From positions 4,980,001 through 5,012,000 of the forward strand of contig NZ_CP074694.1 of NCBI RefSeq assembly GCF_018398935.1: a DNA stretch of 32,000 nt. Direction: 5' to 3'. Shown piece after piece: positions 24,390 through 32,000 of this stretch. The notes under the pieces are model-generated. The model was not told the DNA's origin. It saw only the letters and a list, made by a program, of their open reading frames with translations, and did not search any database. The stretch comes from Telmatocola sphagniphila (GTDB lineage Bacteria > Planctomycetota > Planctomycetia > Gemmatales > Gemmataceae). Numbering within the stretch: the first letter of the stretch is position 1; every line of letters starts with the position of its first letter. Both the position numbers and the translations under genes were made by a program.

Positions 24390-25439
24390 TCAGGGAATAC
24401 CGCGGACGATGCGAGGGCCGATCACTTTAGTGACTCCAACCGGGAGCTTCTGCCACATCCGGATGAACCGGGCGAATTTGGGATTATCCGGCCGGAGTTC
24501 GCGCATTTTGCCCGAGCGCTGGAAGTACTGCCACACGGCGGGCTCAGGCTGCGCCCCCCACTGCTTCTTGAATTTGAAGGTGTTGCCATCGAGTGTCGAT
24601 CGACCGAAATCGAAGACTTCGGAGCCTTTTTGAATCGCGCGATCCAGCAGATTCCAGTACATGAGCATATTCGCGCACGTCGAATTATACTCGCGGAGGG
24701 AAGAAGCGCTCGGCACTTCAGTAATCCGCTTGCCGTGACACAAAACCGCGGCGGCAATGGCCTTATTTTCCAGCCGAACTACGCAGATTTCCACTTCGTT
24801 CGGGAAATGCTTCAGCATCGCCTGGAAAAGTTTGCGCGAATAGACCGGAGTTCCCAGATCCCGCATATTCACGGCGAAAATTTCATACAGTTCGGGAAGC
24901 AGATCCGCCTGGCCCCAGACGACCTGCAATTTCTGCTTTTCCCCTTTGCGAACCTGGTTGCGGACTTTCGGGGAAAGATCTTCCCACAAGGCCCCGGGAA
25001 AACTGGGCAGGGCCAGCCGCATGTGCACTTTGGTCGATACCGCGCCGTTGAATAAGGGATGCTCGAACGCCTGTTCGTGCCGCAGTTCGAGACTTTTGAC
25101 CTTTAATCTCTTGGCCAGATCGACAGCCGATTCGAGCAGTGCTGCTCTCACCGCATCGTTGTCCGCCTGCAAGCCGCCGGAGTTCAAATAGGGCAGACTG
25201 ACCAGATAGCGTCCGAATAAAGTGCTGCGTACGAAAGCCAGAGGCAGAAGGCCCACTGTCTGACCGTCCCGCCGGGCTTCGAAAGCACAGGGCACATGCC
25301 CCAGCCCATCGCGCAGCACATACAGCCAGTTAGGATGCCAGGAGAGCGAAACGCGTTCCCCCTTCCAGGCATAATCGGTCAGCTCCTGAAGGCGATCCTT
25401 CAGGGCCGCACCACGCAGCAAATCGATATTCGTATTCAT
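24390..25439 (-). CDS. FemAB-like / GNAT-fold acyl (aminoacyl) transferase, PEP-CTERM-system-associated type
   Basis: GLLPLAFVRSTLFGRYLVSLPYLNSGGL .. LKVKSLELRH .. FDFGRSTLDGNTFKFKKQWGA matches what I recall of the FemAB-related EPS-locus family. This needs HMM confirmation. Confidence 0.72.
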   Translation of the reverse strand: MNTNIDLLRGAALKDRLQELTDYAWKGERVSLSWHPNWLYVLRDGLGHVPCAFEARRDGQTVGLLPLAFVRSTLFGRYLVSLPYLNSGGLQADNDAVRAALLESAVDLAKRLKVKSLELRHEQAFEHPLFNGAVSTKVHMRLALPSFPGALWEDLSPKVRNQVRKGEKQKLQVVWGQADLLPELYEIFAVNMRDLGTPVYSRKLFQAMLKHFPNEVEICVVRLENKAIAAAVLCHGKRITEVPSASSLREYNSTCANMLMYWNLLDRAIQKGSEVFDFGRSTLDGNTFKFKKQWGAQPEPAVWQYFQRSGKMRELRPDNPKFARFIRMWQKLPVGVTKVIGPRIVRGIP

Positions 25440-25507
25440 TATTCGGGGTTCAGATTAATCATGCTCGGACAAATTGTATCGCAAGGAACAACTGGCAAGC
25501 GCTGGGA

Positions 25508-26446
25508 CTACATCATTGCGGATGCTTGAAGCTGCCAGGAGTATTGCCGGGCGAGGCCTTCATTCAGGGAAACTTGCGGCGTCCAGTTCAGATGTTTGCG
25601 AAGTTTGGTCGTATCGGCGAAAGTATGGCGTTGATCGCCGTCGCGAGCCGCTTCCACTTTGATGCGGAACTTCTTGCCGGCAATGGTTTCCAACTTCTGC
25701 AGGATATCGTAAACGGTGGCCATTTCTCCGCCGCCGACGTTGTAGGTCTCCCCGGCGGGGGCGGCACTGGCCAGTTGCGTGGCGCGGACGCAATCTTCGA
25801 TAAAAGTGTTGCCGCGCACCTGCTGACCATCGCCGAAAACGGTAATCGGCTCATCCTGAATCAAGGCTTTGATGAACTTGTTGTAAGCCATGTCGGGCCG
25901 TTGCCGGGGACCGTAGACGCTGAAGAAGCGCAGCACTACCAGGGGCAGATCGAAAGAATCCATGTACGCCCGGCAGAGATTCTCACCGGCCAGCTTGGTC
26001 ACCCCATAGGGCGAAACCGGCTTGGTCATCAGCGATTCATCGCCACTGGCAAATTTGCCGTAGACACTGGAAGTCGAAGCGTAAATAAATCGTTTCAGTC
26101 CGCTGTGTTTGCGGGCGGCCTCCAACAGTCGTTGCGTGGCCAGCACATTGCAATTCATGTAGAGATCGAACTCGGTCCAGCTGGCGACCAGGCCGGGCAT
26201 GGCCGCGAGATGATACACCACATCGACGTTTTCGAAGTACTTAGCGAGCGCATCGGTCCGCAGATCGACCTCGAAAAACTGATAATTCGGGTGCGTCTGC
26301 GCGGCCACGATATTTCGGCGTTTGAGGGCGGGAGCGTAATAAGGCACGAAAGCATCCAGACCGCGAACAGTATGGCCTTCCGCCAGAAGCTGATCGCAAA
26401 GTGTGGAGCCGACGAATCCCGCCGCACCGGTTACCAGAAAAGTCAT
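25508..26446 (-). CDS. NAD-dependent sugar-nucleotide epimerase/dehydratase (extended SDR)
   Basis: FLVTGAAGFVGS, the YASTSSVYG..Y...K catalytic region and GDGQQVRGNTFIEDCV are present. ATG 26446 lies 10 nt after the upstream stop. The longer ORF (to 26515) would overlap the upstream gene. Confidence 0.9.
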   Translation of the reverse strand: MTFLVTGAAGFVGSTLCDQLLAEGHTVRGLDAFVPYYAPALKRRNIVAAQTHPNYQFFEVDLRTDALAKYFENVDVVYHLAAMPGLVASWTEFDLYMNCNVLATQRLLEAARKHSGLKRFIYASTSSVYGKFASGDESLMTKPVSPYGVTKLAGENLCRAYMDSFDLPLVVLRFFSVYGPRQRPDMAYNKFIKALIQDEPITVFGDGQQVRGNTFIEDCVRATQLASAAPAGETYNVGGGEMATVYDILQKLETIAGKKFRIKVEAARDGDQRHTFADTTKLRKHLNWTPQVSLNEGLARQYSWQLQASAMM

Positions 26447-26456
26447 GATGTCTCTG

Positions 26457-27614
26457 TTACTTACGCGCGAGCATGCGGTCGTACATGCGTCGCAGCTTAT
26501 CCATTCGTTTGGCAAAGCTGAATTCGTTTTCCACCGTTTGGCGAGCCCGGGAACCTAACCGCTGCCGCAAGGAAGCCTCTTCGACCAATCGCTGCAACGC
26601 TTCCCGAAGATCCTCGACTTGACCCGCCCGGACCAGCAGCCCATTTTCACCTTCGCGAATCAACTTCGGAACCCCGTTGACGGCTGTCGCCACCACCGGC
26701 ACCTCGGTAGCCATTGCCTCCAGCACGACGTTGGGCAAACCCTCGCGATGGCTGCTCAGAGCGAAGATGTCGAACGCCTCATAAAGCTGAGGCACATCGG
26801 AACGGTAGCCGAGTAGCTTCACATGATCCTGCAGCGACCAATCCCGGATGATCTGTTCGAGCTTCGCTTTCTCTTCTCCTTCACCGACGATGGCCAGTTC
26901 AACGAACGGGAAATTCTGAAGCAGGTGGCCGACCGCCGCGATCAGGATATCGAAGCCTTTTTCGGCACTCAGGCGTCCGCAGGCACCGATGAGCAGGCGA
27001 TCGGTTCGGAAACCAAGCTCTTCCTTGGCTTCGGTAATCGACTTACGGCGTTTGTAATCTTCGAGATCGATGCCGTTTTCCAGGAGTTCGCAGCGGGTGG
27101 CGGGTACGCCAGCCTGCCGGGCCAACTTATAAAGGTCCTCGGAAACGCAGATCACTTTTTCGTAGTAGCGCAACGTCAGTTGATCGATGCGATAGTAGAG
27201 CGGGGTGCGATGGGTGTTATGCACCCAGCCGTGCAGCGTGGTCACCAGTCGCATCGGATGAAATCGCTTGAGAAGCAGTCCCAGAGCGTTCGTCTTATAA
27301 TCGTGGCCGTGCCAGATATCGACTTGCTGTTCCCGGCAGATTTTCAGCATGCGCGGCACGACGCGATAGTCGAGCGGCCCTTCATCGTGCACGCTCAGCA
27401 GTTCGGTCTGCTTGTCGCGTGCCTTGTCGCGTAATTTCTCAAACCCGGCATCCCGCGAACTGTGCATGTAAGCACAGAGCATCCGGTAACCGGCGCTTTG
27501 CAGATAGCGCGGCGAGTTGATGATGGTCTTATCCGGACCGCCGCCCGAACCGGCTATTACCCGCGCATCGAGAATGGTCACGGGCTTCTGTTCGGTCTTC
27601 TGCAACACTACCAT
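26457..27614 (-). CDS. Glycosyltransferase family 4 (GT-B, EX7E type)
   Basis: GRLSAEKGFDILI .. SSHREGLPNVVLEAMATEVPVVAT..G..LI is present. ATG 27614 lies 2 nt after the upstream stop. The ORF-track N-terminal extension to 27782 overlaps the upstream gene. Confidence 0.88.
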   Translation of the reverse strand: MVVLQKTEQKPVTILDARVIAGSGGGPDKTIINSPRYLQSAGYRMLCAYMHSSRDAGFEKLRDKARDKQTELLSVHDEGPLDYRVVPRMLKICREQQVDIWHGHDYKTNALGLLLKRFHPMRLVTTLHGWVHNTHRTPLYYRIDQLTLRYYEKVICVSEDLYKLARQAGVPATRCELLENGIDLEDYKRRKSITEAKEELGFRTDRLLIGACGRLSAEKGFDILIAAVGHLLQNFPFVELAIVGEGEEKAKLEQIIRDWSLQDHVKLLGYRSDVPQLYEAFDIFALSSHREGLPNVVLEAMATEVPVVATAVNGVPKLIREGENGLLVRAGQVEDLREALQRLVEEASLRQRLGSRARQTVENEFSFAKRMDKLRRMYDRMLARK

Positions 27615-27616
27615 GG

Positions 27617-28756
27617 TTAGTCGATCCACTGTTGAAATTGTCGCGCCTTGGATGACCAGCTTTCGTCCTTCAACCGCTGTCGAGCCTGGAGCTGTTCGGC
27701 CGGCACACCCTCTTTTAATCGTTCTCGAACCCGATCGGAAAACTCCTTCGGATTCGCGGCCAAATCGAGTGCGTCCGACCAATCTCTATTGGCCGGCAGA
27801 TCCCGAGCCACCGCCGCTTTACCCGTCGCCAGATATTCCTTCAACTTCAACGGCTGCATCGCTCGCGTCACCGGCAGATCGGCATAGGGCATGATCAGGA
27901 CGTTGGCCTCGGCGGCCAGCTTCGGCAATTCCTCGATGGGCACGGCCGCTTTCCACTGCACCCGGGGTAACCGAAACAATTCCGGATCGGGTTCGTTGGT
28001 CGGTCCCACGAGCAGAATCGTTCCTTCAGTCAGGTCTCGCGAAAGCTGACGGACGAATTCCAGATCCATACGCCGGTCGATCACACCCCAGAATAGAAAA
28101 AGCGGCGCGTCGTGGGGAGAAAATCTCACAATCGGAGGGGCGTTCTCGACTTGCCAAAAATCGGCGTCGACGCCGTGCGTTAGTAATTCAACATCGGATC
28201 TTCCCAGTTTTTTCATCCGCTCCCGTAACGTTTCGCTGACGGCAACGATGCGATCGACGCGGGAAACCAGAAGTCGCTCCATCCGATCCATGGCCTTTTG
28301 ATCCAGGCCGGGCCACTGGCTGAAATCATCGACGCAGTAGTAGACCCAGCGCTCGACGGGCAATTTCCCCACCAGGTCGGCCACAATCGGCAGAGTGGTA
28401 ATCGCTATTGGCTTCGCAGTCTTCTCCGCGACTACCGGCATCAGGTGTCGCAGCAAGAGTTTGCGGTTAATCGCTCGATCCATGCCGGATCGAAAATAGG
28501 GCCACATTTTCGGGTTGTAGACCCGCAGATTCGCTGGCAATTCCAGAGCTTGTAAAGCTTTTTTTTTCGGTAGCACCCACTGGCGAAGCTTGCCGGCCAC
28601 TCGTTTGAATGTCGCCCAATCGAGCTTGGGCGAACGCGTGCCGATGGTGTTCACCCAGGCGACTGGTCGCTCCGCCACCAGATGCCGGATCAGATGCTGG
28701 CAGGAAGAAGGATGCCGACCCCAATCATCGGAGAAGACCAATAGGGGTGAAGTCAT
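27617..28756 (-). CDS. Glycosyltransferase, GT-B fold (group 1-like)
   Basis: N-terminus LLVFSDDWGRHPSSCQHLIRHL. The C-terminal nucleotide-sugar binding region reads ILLVGP .. NVLIMPY .. PLKLKEYLATGKAAV. First gene of the minus-strand operon. Confidence 0.75.
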   Translation of the reverse strand: MTSPLLVFSDDWGRHPSSCQHLIRHLVAERPVAWVNTIGTRSPKLDWATFKRVAGKLRQWVLPKKKALQALELPANLRVYNPKMWPYFRSGMDRAINRKLLLRHLMPVVAEKTAKPIAITTLPIVADLVGKLPVERWVYYCVDDFSQWPGLDQKAMDRMERLLVSRVDRIVAVSETLRERMKKLGRSDVELLTHGVDADFWQVENAPPIVRFSPHDAPLFLFWGVIDRRMDLEFVRQLSRDLTEGTILLVGPTNEPDPELFRLPRVQWKAAVPIEELPKLAAEANVLIMPYADLPVTRAMQPLKLKEYLATGKAAVARDLPANRDWSDALDLAANPKEFSDRVRERLKEGVPAEQLQARQRLKDESWSSKARQFQQWID

Positions 28757-28825
28757 AAAGTAATTTCGACCCGTAACTTTCGCACTGCGTAGCTTGATGG
28801 ATTTTCTGGAGTATTGGAAGACGTC

Positions 28826-31306
28826 ATGGATATCGACATTCGGCTCTCACCCGGCCAGCTTTCGCAGCGAACTCAGGAACCCGTTACCCACGGCGTGCCC
28901 TTTGCCCGGGGAGTTTTGACCGACCCCAACCACTTACGGCTTCACGATCCGCACGGCAATTCTCTACCTCTGCAAAGCGAAGTATTGGAACGCTGGCCCG
29001 ATGGCAGTTGTCGCTGGGTCCTGCTCGACTGGCAGGCCACCGTTAACGGGGAAGCCGTTTATAAGCTCAAGATTGCGCCGACTTCGACCCGGCCGCCGGT
29101 GCTGAAGGAAGTTCCCAAGTTCATGGACTGGGAATTGCTGGTGCGGGATGAAGCCTGCAAAGAGTACACCTACGACTTCACGCATGCCAAGTTGGAAACC
29201 GATGGCCCCCTGCGAAAAACCTGGTTGATGAAGGTCGACCCGTCCCTGGCCCGGCACAACGAACTGCCGGTAGCACTGACCGCCCGCATGGACTATTTTC
29301 TCGGCTTGAACGTCTGCCGGGTTCAGTTGACGCTGCACAACTGGCGCGCCGCCGAGCACCCGGGTGGCCTCTGGGACTTGGGCAACGGCGGCTCGGTCTA
29401 TCTGACCGCCGCGGAACTCAAGCTCAAAGCCAGCGGTACGATTCAATATTCTCTCGATCCCGATGCACCGTTTGAAACGGTGCCCGGTTCCAGCTGTTTC
29501 GTGAATCAGTATTCCTCGGGGGGAGTCAACTGGTCGAGCAGTAACCATCTCGACCGGCACCGTAAAATTCCGATGAAACAAACGGGTATCGAGTGCTTCC
29601 CGGTCCGGGAAGAAAACCTGAGCGAAATGCGAGCGGTGCCGATTCTGCAGCGTGGCTCGCGGGCCATCTGCCTACCGGAGTTCTGGCAGAATTTTCCCAA
29701 GTTCATCGAAGCCCGGCCGGAGGGACTTTCTCTCGATCTCTTTCCCGCCGTGCCCGAGACGGCCAATGAAATTCAAGGCGGCGAGCAGAAAACCCACACC
29801 TTCTATATCGCTTTTGATATCGACAAGATCACAAGCCACCCGCTGGAGTGGGCTCGAGAGCCACTACTGCCTACGCTGGATCCCAACTACGTCGAAAGTA
29901 CCCAGGCGATCAAATATCTGACGGCCAGATCGACCGATTCCCAGAGCATTTATTTGAAGCTAGTCGATCAGGCCATTGAAGGCGAGGATACGTTTTTCCG
30001 AAAGCGCGAAATCATTGACGAATATGGTTGGCGGCACTTCGGCGATATCTACGGCGATCACGAAGCGGTGTTTCACGAAGGTCCGACACCGCTGGTCTCT
30101 CATTACAACAACCAGTATGATCCGGTGGCTGGTTTCGCTTATCAGTTTCTACGCAGCGGCGACCGGCGCTGGTTTTCGCAGATGAGCGAACTTGCTCAGC
30201 ACGTCATCGATATCGACATATATAACACCGATGAAGATAAGGCCGCTTATAACCACGGCCTGTTCTGGCATACCTACCACTACGTCGACGCCGACACGGG
30301 AACGCACCGCACTTATCCCAAACGCGGCCGTATTCCCCCCAAGGGAATTCCCGTTCCCGGCGGGGGACCGGCCAACGAACAAAACTACGCTCACGGCCTT
30401 TTGCTGACTTATTTTCTGACCGGCAACAAGCTCGCTCGGGACGCCGCGATCGGTCTGGCGCAGTGGGTCATCGATATGGACGATGGCGGCAAAACTATCT
30501 TCCGTTGGCTGACCCGGCATCACACGGGTTTAGCTTCCAGTTCCCGCGATCCGTCATACCATGGTCCCGGCCGCGGCGCCGCCAATTCCATTAGCGTGCT
30601 TTGCGACGGTTTCCGACTCACTCAGAATCGGAAATTTCTGAACAAAGCCGAGGAACTGATTCGACGCGTGATTCACCCGAGCGACGATCCGACGCGGATT
30701 CTGACCTTGAAGCACAACGGGAAGGTCCTGGTCGATGCGGAAAATCGCTGGTTTTACACGATGTTCCTGCAAGCCCTCGGCAAGTATCTCGATCTGAAGG
30801 TGGAGCGGAACGAATTCGATTCCGCTTATGCTTACGGCCGGACCTGCCTGTTGAATTATTCGCGCTGGATGCTGGAGATCGAAGCGCCTTATCTCAGCAA
30901 TCCGGAAATCCTCGAGTATCCCACCGAAACCTGGGTCGCCCAGGACATGCGCAAGAGCGAGATTTTTCTATACGCCGCGGAACATGCCGAGACTTCCGAA
31001 CGGCCGCTATTTCTGGAGAAAGCTCGATACTTCTTCGACTATTCGGTGAACACTCTCGACGGCATGAAAACCAAATCTCTGTGCCGACCGGTGGTACTGC
31101 TGCTGAGCTTTGGCTGGATGTACAACTGGTTCCAGAAGCATCCCGAAACCGTGTTGCCCGGGCCTAAGGAGTCAAAAACCAATTTTGGTCAGCCGACCGT
31201 TTTCGTTCCTCAGAAAGTTATCGCCAAGCAAAGAGCGAAACAACTGGTTGCGGCGGCGGGACTATTAGTGATGGCCGGGATCATTTATCTGGTGTTGAAG
31301 CGATAA
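28826..31306 (+). CDS. Large (826 aa) beta-sandwich + alpha/alpha-toroid protein, PcRGLX/YetA-like putative polysaccharide lyase/hydrolase, with a single C-terminal TM helix
   Basis: N-terminus HGVPFARGVL..LRLHDPHGNSLPLQSEVLERWPDGSCRWVLLDW. The middle segment reads NEIQGGEQKTHTFYIAF. The helical C-terminal half contains SHYNNQYD, YNHGLFWHTYHY and NYAHGLLLTYFLTG. The tail is LVAAAGLLVMAGIIYLVLKR. No N-terminal signal peptide is present. The family call is from memory of domain order and motifs. ATG 28826 is preceded by GGAAG; the ORF track uses TTG 28814. Confidence 0.7.
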   Translation: MDIDIRLSPGQLSQRTQEPVTHGVPFARGVLTDPNHLRLHDPHGNSLPLQSEVLERWPDGSCRWVLLDWQATVNGEAVYKLKIAPTSTRPPVLKEVPKFMDWELLVRDEACKEYTYDFTHAKLETDGPLRKTWLMKVDPSLARHNELPVALTARMDYFLGLNVCRVQLTLHNWRAAEHPGGLWDLGNGGSVYLTAAELKLKASGTIQYSLDPDAPFETVPGSSCFVNQYSSGGVNWSSSNHLDRHRKIPMKQTGIECFPVREENLSEMRAVPILQRGSRAICLPEFWQNFPKFIEARPEGLSLDLFPAVPETANEIQGGEQKTHTFYIAFDIDKITSHPLEWAREPLLPTLDPNYVESTQAIKYLTARSTDSQSIYLKLVDQAIEGEDTFFRKREIIDEYGWRHFGDIYGDHEAVFHEGPTPLVSHYNNQYDPVAGFAYQFLRSGDRRWFSQMSELAQHVIDIDIYNTDEDKAAYNHGLFWHTYHYVDADTGTHRTYPKRGRIPPKGIPVPGGGPANEQNYAHGLLLTYFLTGNKLARDAAIGLAQWVIDMDDGGKTIFRWLTRHHTGLASSSRDPSYHGPGRGAANSISVLCDGFRLTQNRKFLNKAEELIRRVIHPSDDPTRILTLKHNGKVLVDAENRWFYTMFLQALGKYLDLKVERNEFDSAYAYGRTCLLNYSRWMLEIEAPYLSNPEILEYPTETWVAQDMRKSEIFLYAAEHAETSERPLFLEKARYFFDYSVNTLDGMKTKSLCRPVVLLLSFGWMYNWFQKHPETVLPGPKESKTNFGQPTVFVPQKVIAKQRAKQLVAAAGLLVMAGIIYLVLKR

Positions 31307-31373
31307 GGCGAATTACAATGTTGGCGGATTCCTTGAACGCATCTTCGCAAAGATTGCGATGCGTCGCTAAAGG

Positions 31374-31955
31374 TCAGACTCGTTCGCGAATGACCTTTGC
31401 CGGCACGCCCCCGGCGACACATTGATCGGGAATCGATTTGGTCACCACGGCGCCGGCGCCGATCACACAGTTTTTCCCCACATCGGCCATCACCACGGCC
31501 AGACTACCGATCCAGCTACCGGCCCCGATCGTCACTTTTTCGAAGACCCCTTCCTGCTCGCGAATCGGAACATTCGGGTCATCAATGCCGTGCATTTTGG
31601 AGCCGCTGGTTACGTGCGTGCCGGAAGCAATCAGCACATCGCGCTGCACGTGCACTTTACCCAACTGACAGCGGGAACCGATGTAGACATTCTCTTCGAT
31701 GCGAGCCTGGGTCTTGGAGAAAATCACTCCGAAGCAAATCGTCGCCGACGGATGACATTTCTCAATCGTCCAGGCCAGGAACGCCCGGCGGATGTACTGG
31801 CCCGATACGCCGGGCAGTATTGCCAGCTGTTCAGTAGAACCTTCGAGCGACCGATCTTTGCCCAATACGGGCACCTTCAGAAAGTAGACGAGTACAAACG
31901 GGAAGGCAGCGATATTGGCAAGAAAATGCAGCGCGGATTTGACAATCGATTTCAT
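31374..31955 (-). CDS. Hexapeptide-repeat O-acetyltransferase (WcaF / maltose-O-acetyltransferase-like) with an N-terminal hydrophobic segment
   Basis: IGSRCQLGKVHV, IASGTHVTSG, IGAGSWIGSLAVV and IGAGAVVTKSIP..AGGVPAKVI are present. Its ATG overlaps the upstream stop (ATGA at 31952-31955). Confidence 0.85.
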   Translation of the reverse strand: MKSIVKSALHFLANIAAFPFVLVYFLKVPVLGKDRSLEGSTEQLAILPGVSGQYIRRAFLAWTIEKCHPSATICFGVIFSKTQARIEENVYIGSRCQLGKVHVQRDVLIASGTHVTSGSKMHGIDDPNVPIREQEGVFEKVTIGAGSWIGSLAVVMADVGKNCVIGAGAVVTKSIPDQCVAGGVPAKVIRERV

Positions 31956-32000
31956 GCCAGTTGTTCGTACAGCTTTTTGTAACGCTGGAGGGTTCGTTCC
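31952..32000 (-). CDS. 3' end of an upstream minus-strand gene (N-terminal part outside the window)
   Basis: My hand translation of the minus strand gives ..ERTLQRYKKLYEQLA* ending in TGA at 31952-31954. That stop overlaps the next gene's ATG. The fragment is too short to name. Confidence 0.4.
   Translation of the reverse strand, partial: ERTLQRYKKLYEQLA

Noticed and set aside
24318-25055. 245-aa plus-strand ORF
   Set aside because: It is antisense to the FemAB-like gene and the 5' end of wecB.
25526-26521. 331-aa plus-strand ORF
   Set aside because: It is antisense to the SDR epimerase, which has clear GxxGxxG and YxxxK motifs.
27615-27782. N-terminal extension of the GT4 ORF (start at 27782)
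   Set aside because: It would overlap the upstream glycosyltransferase by 166 nt. ATG 27614 lies 2 nt after that gene's stop and gives a normal GT4 N-terminus.
31337-31364. Hairpin ACGCAT-CTT-CGCAA-AGA-TTGCG-ATGCGT between the convergent 826-aa gene and the O-acetyltransferase
   Set aside because: The stem is real (11 bp with a 3-nt bulge). No U-run follows on either strand, so I do not call it an intrinsic terminator.

Overview
This is a 32-kb chromosomal window of moderately high GC by eye, with two visibly AT-richer islets. I found no rRNA, tRNA, CRISPR array or transposase. The gene style suggests a planctomycete-like genome (inference only): dnaA not followed by dnaN, an HTH-acidic-TM protein, PEP-CTERM-type EPS marker genes and csrA.

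Layout:
- 1-2824: two divergently transcribed metallophosphoesterases and a GNAT acetyltransferase.
- 3120-4649: dnaA.
- 4650-5421: an unassignable two-gene minus-strand operon (one Cys4 zinc-ribbon protein) whose stop codon directly abuts the dnaA stop.
- About 5440-6790: AT-rich islet 1. It holds an intergenic region dense in repeats and palindromes, then a Panacea/DUF4065 antitoxin-like gene followed 15 nt later by an unassignable 147-aa partner. This is my best candidate for an undescribed toxin-antitoxin or defence module.
- 6817-8196: an HTH / acidic-repeat / C-terminal TM protein.
- About 8410-9960: AT-rich islet 2. It holds about 670 nt without a convincing gene, a strong bidirectional terminator and a lone AlbA_2/Schlafen-like protein.
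- 10084-15058: a secreted papain-like protein with a translationally coupled small membrane protein, then ogt, a UbiA-family prenyltransferase and an M28-PA-PDZ peptidase.
- 15617-15829: csrA, with a long leader and a clean terminator.
- 15995-32000: a polysaccharide (EPS/glycan) locus, almost all on the minus strand. It encodes a CE4 deacetylase, an FAD oxidoreductase, a WbpD/WbpB/WbpE-like trio, a CE4(DUF3473)-GT2 fusion, WecB, a FemAB-like protein, an SDR epimerase, two glycosyltransferases, a divergent 826-aa tail-anchored beta-sandwich/alpha-toroid protein and an O-acetyltransferase.

All functional calls come from reading motifs in the supplied translations. No searches were run.
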